Positions 10,265-24,121 of a DNA stretch of 37,174 nt are shown one piece after another. Each line of letters starts with the position of its first letter. The first letter of the stretch is position 1. Location: assembly GCF_001194135.2 (NCBI RefSeq), contig NC_068986.1, forward strand, positions 65,433,547-65,470,720, in the 5' to 3' direction. The DNA is from Octopus bimaculoides (Eukaryota). The position numbers were made by a program, and so were the translations under genes. The notes below the pieces were generated by a model that did not search any database, was not told the DNA's origin, and saw only the letters and a list, made by a program, of their open reading frames with translations.

Positions 10265-11439
10265 TTGCTATAATTGTTTATAAACCCATGATAAATTAAC
10301 CTCACTTCTTGAATTCATTTCTTATGTTTCATGGCCACAATTTCTTCTAATTTAATTTAAAACTTGTGTCACAAAAACTATTCGATCGCAATTATCCTAA
10401 GTGTTGGATCTAGTTTAAAAAGTTACTGTCTTATCTTTACGCAATTTAACTTCTAAACTATATGAACTTTCTTCAGTCTTTTATCGACTATAAGACAGCA
10501 CTTTGACAATTCTGGTCATGTAAACTTCTTTTGTTCCCATCTTATTCTGTCATAATGTTTTTATCTTTTTCCTCTTTCTGAGGTATTTTGTTTGTTTGTC
10601 GCAGTCTCTTTGAATACGTTTCCGTTTTAACACCTTTGAACTTACCTTGTCATACAAAGCTATTTATTTTAATTTCAATATGTTGTTTTACCATATGAAT
10701 TAAAATATTCTTTGGTGTATAAGCCTTTTGTTTTATTAGAGCCAGCATTTCTGCATGTAATAACACAGTATGACGTAGAGTCTAGACTTGTTGAAAACAA
10801 TAAGATTTTAGAGAATAGCTGTATTTCTGCATTTACGAGCGAAGTGCAAACAGCTGCAGCCTATTCCAAGTTGACTCAGGACACGTTTTGGTTCTAATTC
10901 AATAATCAAAACAATAACGGTTTCATTGGGATTTGCTTCTGTATAACATCAATTCAAAAGAGACCAAGAAGTGTTAGCATACAGTTTTGTTATGTTTTTT
11001 TTTAAATCAGTCAACACTTCTTTACCTGATCATTGATTGTTTCATACTGACATTGAAAAAAGTGTACTGTTTCTCACACACACGAGCATAAAATACTCTA
11101 CTCACGCATAAACATATCCATACACACGCACTATTCTTCATCACCTGGCTAAATATCTAATTAATGTTGAATTAAAGCTCAGTGAAGAGAATTAACCTGA
11201 ATATATCATTGGTACTTACTTGACACCAGTGTTGCAATTTAATGTGTGATTTTACACGCGTTATTTATTGTTTTCCAGTATTTGTTCTTTATGCCAATGT
11301 TTAATTTCTCTGTCGTATTACTAATATGCATGAAAGACGCATAAATGAAATGAAAGTGATTTACCTTTACAAACTCGGCTTACTGGCCACCACGCTATTT
11401 TTACAACTATATGCATATACTTAGCTTTCAGGGGGAAAA

Positions 11440-11573
11440 TTATCTTAGTTGGACAGGATACATCGTGGTATTCGTTCTCGATGTCTGAGTTCTAAGTTCA
11501 AACCCTGCCGAGGTTAACTTCGCCTATTATCCTTTTGAGGTGGATAAGTACTAGTCTTGGGCTGGGGTAGATT
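11440..11573 (+). mobile_element. Decayed tRNA-derived SINE (same family as 30815)
   Basis: TTCTAAGTTCAAACCCTGCCGAGGTTAACTTCGCCTATTATCCTTTTGAGG...ATAAGTACTAGT...CTGGGGT aligns to the 30815 and 32687 copies. Confidence 0.7.
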
Positions 11574-13359
11574 CTTCTTCTCTCTCTCTTTCTCTCTCCC
11601 CTCTCTCTGTTAGTCTCCCTCCTCGTTTCTTTCGTAGAGAAATCTACAATAGTCAGACATGGACTGGGATAGATTCCTACATGTTTAAAATGTTCATATC
11701 ACGCTCTATATTACGACGACTCCTTACTACTCCACCAGGAATTGTGGACCGAAGGAAGGATGAAGAAAGTAAGGAAAGTTCTAATTGCCTCACTGGCATT
11801 GTCTTTCTAATAGTCTGTTATATTTATGGAAATATAACTGAGTATTAAAATAGTTAAAGTATATAATGTATATTCAGGCTGAACAATTTTAGTCAATGGC
11901 TAATTCAAATTTCATCAACCATAATAGGAGAAACTCTAAGCGTGTTCCGCTTTGTTGAAACCTTACGGGCAAACGTAACATTTCTGTAACGTGCCAAAAA
12001 GTTGCCCGGCTATTAACTAAATAAACATATTAAATCAAGCAGAGTAAAGGGTAATATTGACAAAATAAATAAGTACGAGACTTTAATATCTGCAAGGTAA
12101 TTTTAACCATGGTAATTAAACAGTTGCAACATGGTGCAGATATCAGTACAACAATACATCTTATAATAATATGATATAATAATAATACATAATAATACAT
12201 CTTATAATAATATGCTAAACACAAGTATTATATAAGTGTATACACATCCTGCAGCATAACTGTACTGGATATGAACTCAATTAATGCGTGCACCGTTGAA
12301 TCCATATCTATCAAAAAGCATTTCATTGTATCTCTCAGTAGGGTGTAGGACACTTGCTCTTATAATATCTGAGTTCAAACGAACTATGGAGATTAGGTAT
12401 TGATTTGTCTTTTGCGAGGTGGAAGGAGATGACTATCATAAACTGGCGGTCTATCCAGTGGCGAAATGTACCTCTCACGCTTAATGTTACGAAACCTCAT
12501 CTCGACGCTGTATCCGTCTCCAAATCTGGATTTTGAGATACATGAAAAGATTAAATTTTTATATTTATTCTCTTGCAGTTTGATATCATACACATTTTCC
12601 CCTCCTCACGTCAAACAATTCGCTATTCTGCTGTTTAAGAAGTTTGTCTTGGTCTCTCCTGTTAACACAATCAATGGAAATCACACGATCGTATGCCAAC
12701 TCCTCTATCTTACCTGAATGGTTTTTCAAATTTTAATAATATCAATGATCATCAGTTCTCTTGAGCTGCTTCAATCATCAACTAATGTTCTTTAAACCGT
12801 ATCGCTTGCTCACAAACGCCATCAGCAATTCAAGTTGTCTACAAATGAAATAAATTTCCCTTCAATAGGGGAACACCACAATGCCGTCGAATGTTCATTA
12901 GCAACGTGTCAAATCATATAAAGGGACAACACTGCTTCTTCGAAAGAATGATATGGGATGGACTGCACAATAAATTCTATGATAAAGCTATAAATCTTTA
13001 AGTTGTTACGGAAGCTGCCTCTTGCCATTTCTGTCATAAGAGTATAGGCAATACATCATATATCTATACTAGATTTGTATACACATACATTCTTTTATAT
13101 TTATCTACCTATCTATCTATCTATCTGCACACACATGTATATACATACATACATACATATANNNNNNNNNNNNNNNNNNNNNNNNNNNNNNNNNNNNNNN
13201 NNNNNNNNNNNNNNNNNNNNNNNNNNNNNNNNNNNNNNNNNNNNNNNNNNNNNNNNNNNNNNNNNNNNNNNNNNNNNNNNNNNNNNNNNNNNNNNNNNNN
13301 NNNNNNNNNTGTATTTGTATGTAAGTACGCATAAATGTATGAATAGATGTATGTGTATG

Positions 13360-13396
<37 letters not shown>

Positions 13397-14986
13397 ATGT
13401 GGTACACATACAAATAAATAGAAAGATACCTCGATAGATGTATGTGTTATATAAAGACATTTTCACAAATTAACATATATATTCGTGATCTGTGTAAGCG
13501 TGTAAGTGCATGCGTGTTTATGTGTGTAAAATGTATGTGAATATACGTCCAACGATACATTTAATGTAATTTATGTCTTTCCATAATTGGCGTTCATTTG
13601 TACGTATGTATGCATATGTAGTATGCTGCTATAATATCTAATTACTTCCTACCAAATAAGGTTGGTTGGCTTATGAACTAGTGTGCTAGCTTCGTATTTA
13701 GTCCAGCAGCGATAACAGAATACAAACTGTTAACCTGCCGACTTTGTGTAAATTTGCAGCATTCAGTGAAGCAGTGACTCACTCGCGCACAATCTCACCC
13801 TCTCAATCATTCATTTATATACACGTGTATCAACTTATATCAAATAGATTTCTTGCAATGATATTCTGTATTCTGATTCAAGCAGGAAAACTAATGTATG
13901 TTACTTTGAAAAATACATATCTCTAAAACACACACTAAAGTTGCGAATCAGCAAATAAGCAGGGGAAATCATGAGATAATCCAATATTCCAACATATTTG
14001 ATGTAATTAGCCATAGGCATCTTTTATCGGAATGAGTGACAGTTAAAACTACAATTGACATGATGGCTGTCTGTATGCTAGTCTGCACACAATTTATATC
14101 TAAACTTGGAAAAGAAACAGTAACTGGTATGGAACCAGGGCTATTAACCTTGCAATGAACCATAGCACCCTCCAATATTACAGCCAGCATGTTATTCTAA
14201 TGCATAAATATACCTGTCTATCAACCATTCCTAGTATTGTTAATAAGTCAGAAGTGTATAACATGGGTTGCATTGTGGTTCTGTATGTGTGAGTGAATTA
14301 TTCTAAGATGTATGTTGGCCACAAAGTAAGAAAAAAAAAAGAGGATAATTCTTTTATTATAAAGAATTGCGATATAAATTATAGTTTTTGGACAAAAATT
14401 ATAAATGATGCATAGAAGTTACACCAATAAATATTCCAGGCAATAAATATTCCAATAACCATAGAAATGGTTAGATTGCATTGTAAAATGGTATGAAGAG
14501 CAAGAAAGAAAATATTATATCCAAGAAGCCATCGTTATAGGAATTTTACTCTTATAAAAGATCAGTATATTGTAAAACTGTTGCGGTATTGTTAGTTTAG
14601 TTTCGACATGAAGTACACTTCACTGGACGAGATTAGTCACTTAAGCGCGTTGAGAAAACCTCCACTGAAAATAAGGAGACCAATGAGCAACATTCCCTAT
14701 AAACATTATTGAGTTAGAATAACTGCAAGAAGCACCCACCTAGCAGGTAGAAGGATTGACCTTCCTACCAACTAAAAGTTGAGTATAGATCTTTATTCCA
14801 CAATCGGGAAAAGCAGAGTAGCTTCTGTTAGGTAAATATCAACGAAAAGGTGTCATGTCCTGGTAGCTGCACATATGTAATTATCTAATCCGCCTTAGAT
14901 ATTGATATTTCAATTACCATACTCCCTATTTTAGTACGAATTAAGTTGTGTTCTATGTAAAACGGGCATGTACGCACCCATGAGCG

Positions 14987-15018
<32 letters not shown>

Positions 15019-15852
15019 GTCAGAGCTCTGATAATCAGATACCTGCTACTGGTAACCATGCAAGCCATATGCACTTTGTGACTGCTGGAGCTGTTTTTTG
15101 GTTAAGTGGTACCTCACTGATCTTGCTTCATGAGAACAGTGATATTAGGACATCCTGTGGAATGAAAGAAAAAGTTTGTAATAGAGGCGGATAAACTCAG
15201 GGAATCGGCAACCATCTAGTAGTGCTTATAAACGTTTATAGATCTATGTGTGCATTTGCATATTTTCATAAATCGACACATGAGAAAGACACTATCACTG
15301 CAAACCAGCACCGTTTCTACTTTCTGGCTATCATTACTGTTTTCAGTTTAACAGTGTTTATCGCATAACAATTTATCACAATAAAAATTTATGTACAAGT
15401 GCTATTGCAGTATTTTCATCTTCCCTAAGCTCATATCAAGACTATTTGGACTATTTGGACCATTCGTTGCAGCGACAGAAGGTAAAATACGATCAAATAA
15501 CAACATAAGAACACTATAGTAAGGAAACAAGAACTGTTTCAGCCATGAAGGGCAAAATCAACTGCTATCTGCTGCAGTATTTGGATTCCTCAATTCAGTT
15601 TTGAAGGTTATCATTAACGTCCCATCAGATACTATACGTTATAAATGATAAATTTTTTCCGAATAGGCATGATGACACACACTATAAGTTGAGATATTTA
15701 GCATTTTCCAAAGACGTAATGTATAAATGTTAAAGATATTGTAGTCTGGTTTAACTGATAGTTTTGATAACCGGTGGTCCTTATAAATGAAAATAAGAAT
15801 CTTTTTTATTATTATTATTGCTTTGGAGAGTAAGATCACTGATCGAATGGCT

Positions 15853-16217
15853 CAGTGGTTTTCAACCATTTCTTATCTGGACCCCTTTGATTATTATTTT
15901 ATTCTGGTGGACCCCCATATCCATTCGATGTTTAAAAACTAGTTTCATAGATATATTTTTCAGAATTTCTATTTTGTTTTTCACACATTCACTTCTGTAA
16001 ATCTGCAATAGCACCCTCTGAGAGAACAAGTTTCAGTGGTTAGAAAAATGTTGAACTATGTAAAATATAAGAAGAACAACCTAACTGTTTCTCGCAATAA
16101 ATTCATCTAAATCAAAATTTTTCGACGGATCCTTAAAATACTCTTTTGCTTGCTTGGACCCCTAAATATCTTATATGGACCTCCAGGAGTCATATGGAAC
16201 ACGGTTGAGAAACACTG
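15853..16217. mobile_element. hAT (Charlie-like) MITE, 365 bp
   Basis: The terminal inverted repeats CAGTGGTTTTCAACC and GGTTGAGAAACACTG match at 13/15. GGACCCC motifs recur near both ends. The 8-bp flanks (GAATGGCT and GTATAACC) match only 4/8, so the TSD is decayed or absent. Confidence 0.7.
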
Positions 16218-16921
16218 GTATAACCTAGCATGTCAATCGATCTCATAGTGATTCCCCAGGAAAGGGATTTGTATAAGCTATAAAATTTCATCTCATATAC
16301 TGTTTGTAATTGTTGGTAATTTCCAGCATCTACACACTTCTTTTTTTATTAGAGACGCAGATGAAAATATAAGTCTAATTTGATCAAATTCGCTTAGAAT
16401 AAACTTAACATATATATACGTACATATAAATACATGTGTGTGTGTGTGTTTATTGCTTGGCTCTATATTGGATCCAATCAAGCAAATCTATGATCAAAAG
16501 GAATCCAGGCGTACATGTTTTATATTTTATCTTAGAACCACATTCACCGTTTCCTATTCCTGTTTTGGAGAACAATTTGGCTGTTATTTTTAGCTTGTCG
16601 AGCGAGCACGTTGGCTCGTTTATATAGTGTCTTGGAATAAGAAACTTTCATCAACTGAAATTATCCTAGTAATTAGTAACCAAAAACTGATGAAAGCAAA
16701 TAGACATGATTGAGCAAAGCATAACCTGATCCATTGGTAAGATTAAGAATGATCAATATACACAAATATATGGAAGATATAGAGACGTTGTTGTGTCAAC
16801 AATATCGTTGAGCTAAAAGTCCTTTGGTGAGCGTTCTGTATACTAAGTACAAATGCAGTAGCGTCTCATATTTCCACCATTTAATCTTATTTGATCCCCA
16901 GAATAGGAGTGGTTGATAAAA

Positions 16922-17310
16922 AAAGCCAAACTCGGTTTTCGTGCCTATCCTCATTCATTGTCATAAACGTTGAGCCATGGACCAAAGAGTACGATCGCGA
17001 ACACAAGCAGCAGAAATGGGTTCCTCCGAATGATCTCAGAATTAACGTTACTCGACAGGGTGCGTAACTCTGTGATCAGTGACGCTGTCCACGTCGAGCC
17101 TACGCATTGATTTGTAACAGCTTCGGTACTGCGGACATGTAACAACTGGCAGGAGACCTAGGAGTAGAATATAAACGAGATGGTTGTACGATATCCATAT
17201 TCTCAGTTCGTAACGATTGAAAATCCATCTGAAAAGTGTAATGACTGCTGCTTCTGATAGGTGCTTTATGGAAGAGGTAACAGAGGACTCTACCGCCACG
17301 ATAATCCTAG
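16922..17310 (+). mobile_element. RTE-clade LINE 3' fragment (post-RT region), decayed
   Basis: FVPILIHCH; QRVRSRTQAAEM(G)FLRMISELTLLDRVRNS; QLRYCGHV; GRRPRSR; RWLYDIH; VMTAASDR. These are typical RTE C-terminal motifs, with frameshifts. Confidence 0.8.
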
Positions 17311-18289
17311 GAATAGTAGGCGGAGCAGATGGATAGATGGATCTTATCGGTGTTATCTCTTATGCTTGCTGATTCGCAATATTAAACATGTAGCGTTATT
17401 CGCCTTTCATAGGGATCGAGGTACCATCACATTGTATTGGATTACTGGCTGCAGAGTGAGTTTGAGGCTTGGGTGAGGTCAGTATGGAGTTTATACATCT
17501 GCAGCAAGGTAGGGACAGAAAGAAGTGTGACGGAGATGGGCGGTTTATTTTTAAATCATGTGTGGGCATGTCCATGTGTATGTATGTGTATGTTCGTAAT
17601 AGATTACATATATTGGATGTGGCAAACTTTGTGCTGAAGGCCCAGGTTGTGAAGGTAGGAAGTACTTATGGTGAAAGCTGTAGCGTGGAGAATATTGGAG
17701 AGATGTAATAAACCTTGCTTCAATAGCAGTAGGAGGTGCTTGTTATGACTGTCGGGGAAAGGAATAATAACAAAGAACTCTCTTTATATCTACATAAACT
17801 ATAAAAGCAAAATTTTCCGATCCTGCCCACACGAAAGAAAATATGTACTCACATACCGATGGATTGGAACCTTAGAGATTCTTTACAGTCTGAGATGCCA
17901 CACCCAACATATTACATACAAACGCTCGCATACATCCCATACGTGCATTTTCAAGCATGATTAAAAATTGGTTACCTGCCTCGTCACCACTTTTTTCAAC
18001 CCCACCACCTCCTGTACATACATCAACTCCAACCGCTCGGATTCAAGTCCCAAACCCAGTCTGCAGGCTGTTACCCTAAACTGTGTAGACACTCTGATCT
18101 TAGTGCAAGTGACGTAACTCAAGAAGAGTTCCTCAGTGAAGTTCTACGAGTTTTTTCGTTCAGGTTTTCACTACTCTCGTGAACCAGATAAGGCACCTTC
18201 TAACCTTCAGCAGTAGAAAACCGTCATCATACTTTTCCTTATATCTCTACTCGTAATCGCCGGAATTCAGTTTTTCTTTTTAATTCTCG

Positions 18290-18560
18290 TGTGCGAAACT
18301 GATCGGTATAATCAGATGAAATGGGTCTCTAACCCTCTGGACACCAATATGGTTAAAAGAATACAAGAGAAAGAAAACGTCTATGGACCATTGAGAAGAA
18401 GTTTCCAGCTTCATATCTATTGTCATTGGAGCAACAGGATACATACCAACACGCCTCAAGCAAAGTATGGTTGAACTTGGGATCTTGGGAAGAGAAAGCA
18501 AATCCTTAATTCATAGGCCACGGATGTCACGATATCTGCAAGACCTTCTTAAAGATTTCG
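18290..18560 (+). mobile_element. R4/Dong-type REL-endonuclease C-terminal fragment
   Basis: SNPLDTNMVKRIQEKENVYGPL (18328), then after a frameshift SFISIVIGATGYIPTRLKQS (18407), then ICKTFLK (18534-18554). Confidence 0.7.
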
Positions 18561-18859
18561 AGGATGATGGTTAAAACAAGATACTTTCATTCACAATCTT
18601 GCTACCAAGTAGGCCTGCCAAAATTTATTCGAAATTATAAAAAGGAAGGAGAACATACATACGTGCGTACGTACATATATGCACAAACATACACACAAAC
18701 ACATGCACACGCGCACATACACACACATACATGTGCCTGTGTGTGTGTGCGCGCGGATATCCATTTATGCATGATTATAATCATTTCTAGCATAAGTACA
18801 AGACTACATATTTTGAGGAAGAATATTCCTTTACTTCACTCATATGTTAGTTTATCAAC

Positions 18860-18935
18860 TTCGAAAAGAAGAGCTGATCTGAGTGGGATTTGAACTCATT
18901 GCGTATAGAGCTGTGACTAAACACCACAAAACACT
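18860..18935 (-). mobile_element. SINE head fragment
   Basis: The minus strand has the B-box GAGTTCAAATCCC followed by a degenerate family core. Confidence 0.5.
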
Positions 18936-21900
18936 TTCCTCGATGAACTAACTCTACTGACAATCCAACACCCTTTACAGTCATAAATTCAATGCAACAG
19001 CCTCGCTTTCATATTTCTCCAAGCTGTTGCTAGTGGTTACATCACAATGATTTAATAGCGGCAGCAGCAGCATGTTAAACTATTGTGTGTATGTGTGCGT
19101 ATGTGTCTGTGTATGTGTGTCTGGTGGTATGTGTTTGTATGTATGTATGTATGTATGTATGTAAGAATACTATGGATACTTGAGAGAAGGAGAGAGAGGA
19201 TAAAAGGGAAGAAGAATATGTTCATAACGTGAAAGACGACGTCGTCGACGAATATGATGTTGATGATGATGATAAAATGAAGAGGGGTGGTGGTGGTGGT
19301 TGTAGGTGATGGCGTTAAAAGTGGACATTCAAAACAAGCAGGCAGATAAGCCATTGCTGTAATTCAGAGCCACTCTGGAATAATAAAGTGATGGATGTTA
19401 AGATCCACAAATTATTAATGAGTAGAATATATCACCAAAAAGTCAATGCGCACCACATATGTACACGTACATGCAAACATACAGCACATTACAACCATGC
19501 ACTTATGCACAGGCACATGTGCAGGCATATATAGACTTACATACACAGACGAACACGCGCTACTACGTACAGTTACGCACTTGCGTATTAATGCATAAAC
19601 CTGCATATGCAAACCTACGTACAGTCACGTGCATATACATATACTATATATATGTGTGTGTTTGCATATGCATGCATGTATGTAAGAACGCAAACACGCA
19701 CACACAAATACACACACATGCACACACACACAGATACATACATAACGTATTGAGAGGGGGTTAGGCGGCGGAAGGTCGTGATTGAGAAGAAAGATTAAAC
19801 CTTGATAAAGCTGACATCACTGGCGTTTCCAAATAACCAATAGAATATCATTTAAACATATAAAGTACTGCATCAAAATAAAAACTATACCACATAGCAC
19901 TGCTAGTGAAAAAGCCACAGGGAATATTAACCAATTCATAATCAATAATATTAATCTTCGCCAAGTCTATGGAACTAAAAGTCTTTAGAGACATCGTGGC
20001 ATGAGAGAGAAAGCAGAAAACAAATGTCTATATATATTTATATACACTCTGGCTAGAGTTAGTATAGATTCTAGTAGTAAGTACCGATCGTTTTTCCTCG
20101 GGTAATACTATAAATCAGATATATACTAGACGCAGTGGATTGCAGTGTTTTGCATTTCGCACATTTCCCATTAGTTATCTAGATCTGTTTTGCAATGTTT
20201 AAGTCACCGAAAGTCAATACAAGCAGATTAATGTGGTTGCCTCACATTGAAATCTGGTGAAGGTATCCTACAGGGAACCACTCAAAGCTACAGAATCTGG
20301 ATTTATCTATTGTTCCCAGTATCATGAAGCGGTGAAAGAAACACATTTTCCCGGACAGAACACTTTGTCTGGAGTAACTCACTTCTTTGTCGTGAGAATT
20401 AAGCTCAGTATTTCTTGGTACCAAACCCTTCACTAATTTCAGCGCGCAGCTGCTGACTACATTGTGAATTATATACAATACAGCAGCATTTTATAGCTTG
20501 ACAAACTAGATCATTAAGACGCTTCGTTAATGTTGCGCAGTAATTCCTATAGTTCTTGAAACGTATCTTGGGGAAAAACAATTAAGGATATGAAAGCCAC
20601 TGGATAAAAATATCACAAGGAAAGTCCCTTAATATTAAGGTCCTTTCTGGAACCAATACTTTGTACTACTTATAAGAGGCAAACTTTTATCCGTGGCATT
20701 TTTTTGTGAAAAAATGAGTGCCTTGTAAGCTGTCGAATTCAGTCATTAGCTATTTAAAATATTTGTTTAATTCCTATTAACTAAATACATGACATTTTCT
20801 GTGAGTAATATGTACTTTTGTTTATTCTGTAAACTGCCGACTCTCGCTTTCTCATACGTTACCATGTCCATTTAGTTATACATTAAGATGTTTACTGGTC
20901 AATTAGTATTTGTTGTTAACAGAACATGAAATACTTTAGGCTAATTTTCGTAGGACTAGCTGTTAGCTTCGGGTGAGATGGTCCGATCTTATGACACGGG
21001 CAAAGCCAACTTATTTTTTCAAAAGCAGTCCTATGACCGTCAAGTAATGAATGTTCATATAAATTCCCTTCCTCATTTCTCACTTGACCTATTGACACTC
21101 AATGTGTTATCGATAAAACTAATATCAGCAGACATTTTGGTGTACTCTGTACGGCTAGAATTGTGTTTATATAGTACGGAGTCTGTCTCCAAATTTCAAT
21201 TCTAAGTTGAATTCATTTCTTATTACATTAATTAGTAATAGGTTTTCAAAAGACACTAAAGCCTCTCAACCATCTTATATATTAAATCATAAGCCCTGCA
21301 ACTTTATGTCTGTGATAGTTTAATATATTTGGTACATACACTTCTGCATGCAAACGTTCGTTATTCACTATTATGGCGTAACGTATATATTCTCCCAGTG
21401 CCGAGATTAAAATCATCATGACAGTCTATTTTCTCCATATAAAACTATGTATATAGATATACACAAAACCTCATGGATACGCAGATATACTACTGATGCC
21501 TATGGTACTGTAATTATTACATAAAATTTAAGAAAGCCATAATGTATATATATATATATATATTACTTAGGATAATATTGTGTGACATGCGATGTGAACA
21601 TGCAGATCAGTCTTGATTTTTAGTCGAAACAATGCGATTTATTTTTGTCATTACACTCCTTGAGAGAAGTATGATTGTCATACATTATGATTACTTTCTC
21701 CTTAAATTTCATTGGTTTTAGTACTTTAGTTTAGTCATCACAGTTAAACCCCTGCTTGCGTTCAAATGATATATCAAATATTTTATTGCTTTCTTCATCA
21801 AAACTAAGGGAAAACAGCCGAATTCAGAGTCCGGTAGTATTACTGTTTTCCTTTTGGCAAAAAGGAAAATACTAACATTCTTAAAAGGGAACAATTTTGA

Positions 21901-22837
21901 TAGCTAACGCGCGAATATGAAACTCTTGAAGTATGAGAGTAAGTGATAACCATTCTTGACTTGGAGTTCCTACCAAACGATAATGAACGAATCAAAATTA
22001 AAATCCGTAGGGGAAACAATCTCATTTATTCTGACACTTCATTGGCTCAGCCAATTCTGTAGCTCTTCCAACAATAACAGTACCAGTCACAAGTTCTAGT
22101 AATGAAGCTTCTATTTTAGTCGAGCTTGTGATAAAGTTTCTATGTGGCTTCTTGATCTGCTCACTGTAGTAACTAAATTTGTCTGAATACTATCATTAGC
22201 ATCTATAAAATAGAAAGCATATTTGAAGCATTAAACCATGCAATCACAACGTCACAATTATATAGCTAGAAACACAAGAACGCTTAACTCAAGCTTTGTT
22301 GACCGGACTTACCAAACAAGAATATCAGCAGAAACCGTAGCAGCAGCAACAGCAAACAACAAAAACAGTAACAAATGTAACACCAGGTACAACTGTAAAA
22401 AAAAAAAAAAGAATAATAATAAAAAGGAAATAGATTGGAAAATATTATTGGAAGAAATTTCAAGATGGTCAACAGCTCGACAATTATCGTAATTATGCTA
22501 AATGTTGTTTTGGTAATAATGTTAACATCGAATATACCGATATCTTCTCATTAATGTTGGGATTAATAACAGTAGCATTCTGTTCCCAAATATTCTCTTG
22601 TCTAGTTATGTTAAATCGCTGCATAATGACTAGATTTATTGCATCTGCTTTCATATACGATGTTGTATTTTATGATTGTCATTTCTTGACTATTTATCAT
22701 GTCTGTCGCCGGACAGTCTCATAATCTTTTTGTCCTCTCTTGAGACGTTCACTGATTTCCTGAAGATGCTGTTTTACATTGTCCATAATATTACTGTGAC
22801 ACAGAACTACCGTAATTTTTGTTGCTACTGCTGGTAG

Positions 22838-22864
22838 TCGTGGTGGTGGTGGTGGTGGTGGTGG

Positions 22865-22895
<31 letters not shown>

Positions 22896-23150
22896 ACTAT
22901 TGTTCTTGCTACCGCCGGTGCTGATGGTATGGTGATAACGATTGTGGTTTTTGTTGTAACGATTATTACTATGACACTGAACTATCGAAATTTGTTTTGT
23001 TGCTACTGATGGTAGTCGTGGTGGTGGTAGATGTGTTGTTGTTGTTACTGGTGGTAGTGTGGTAGTGACAATGGCGGTTCTTGTTTTAGCAATTGTTGTT
23101 GCTGAGGTAGTTAGTGGTGGTAGAAATTGTCCTAGTGGTAGTTGTAGTCT
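22838..23150 (+). repeat. (GGT)n(GCT)n microsatellite and degenerate GGT/GTT/GTA triplet region
   Basis: Read directly from the sequence. Confidence 0.85.
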
Positions 23151-23685
23151 AACCAGAAGTTAGTCCAGCAACGACCAAATTGGGTTTTCTTTTCGTTTCT
23201 TTCATATTTTTTTTTTTTTTGCTTTTTGTTTTTCAGATTCCCTTATCTTTTCTAAGACAAAAGAAAAGTAAGACAGGAGGGAAAATGATATGGAAATTTA
23301 TAAAGAAGAATTTATTTATTTGTTTATTTATTTATTTTGATGTATACGGCAGGGTACGATATGAATTTAGTTTAACAACTGTTTCTCGCAGGTCAAACGG
23401 CCATATACACCTTGTCATCTCACTAACTCGAATAGAGATAGGTTAATGAAAGTTGAGGTGCCGGTGGCAATGATGATCGTGTTGTTGATTAGTATTGGTA
23501 ATAACGTTGATATTGATGGTGCTGATATTGGGACATGGAATGGCTAGCAATTGCAGTAGTAATCAGTGTGATAACTAGTATGTTGGTGATGGCAGTGGAT
23601 GGGATGGAATTGCTGGGCAACAGAAGGGGCTATCGAAGAAATAGCTGTGACAATAGTACTAGAAATTATTGATGGTGGTAGGGAA

Positions 23686-23691
23686 TGATGG

Positions 23692-23750
<59 letters not shown>
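23686..23750 (+). repeat. (GAT)n microsatellite running into a gap
   Basis: Read directly from the sequence. Confidence 0.95.
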
Positions 23751-24121
23751 NNNNNNNNNNNNNNNNNNNNNNNNNNNNNNNNNNNNNNNNNNNNNNNNNN
23801 NNNNNNNNNNNNNNNNNNNNNNNNNNNNNNNNNNNNNNNNNNNNNNNNNNNNNNNNNNNNNNNNNNNNNNNNNNNNNNNNNNNNNNNNNNNNNNNNNNNN
23901 NNNNNNNNNNNNNNNNNNNNNNNNNNNNNNNNNNNNNNNNNNNNNNNNNNNNNNNNNNNNNNNNNNNNNNNNNNNNNNNNNNNNNNNNNNNNNNNNNNNN
24001 NNNNNNNNNNNNNNNNNNNNNNNNNNNNNNNNNNNNNNNNNNNNNNNNNNNNNNNNNNNNNNNNNNNNNNNNNNNNNNNNNNNNNNNNNNNNNNNNNNNN
24101 NNNNNNNNNNNNNNNNNNNNN

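Noticed and set aside
10760-10860. Polycystin S6 match (P...SEV spacing)
   Set aside because: The intervening residues are hydrophilic, and an S6-like segment is already accounted for at 10160-10240.
13969-14190. 73-aa minus ORF; also 20242-20478 and the possible exon at 15543-15607
   Set aside because: No recognisable motif and weak splice signals; the lengths are within chance expectation.
14746-14769. GGTAGAAGG/CCTTCCTACC hairpin as a terminator
   Set aside because: A 9-bp bulged stem is expected by chance, there is no U-tract, and the context is eukaryotic.
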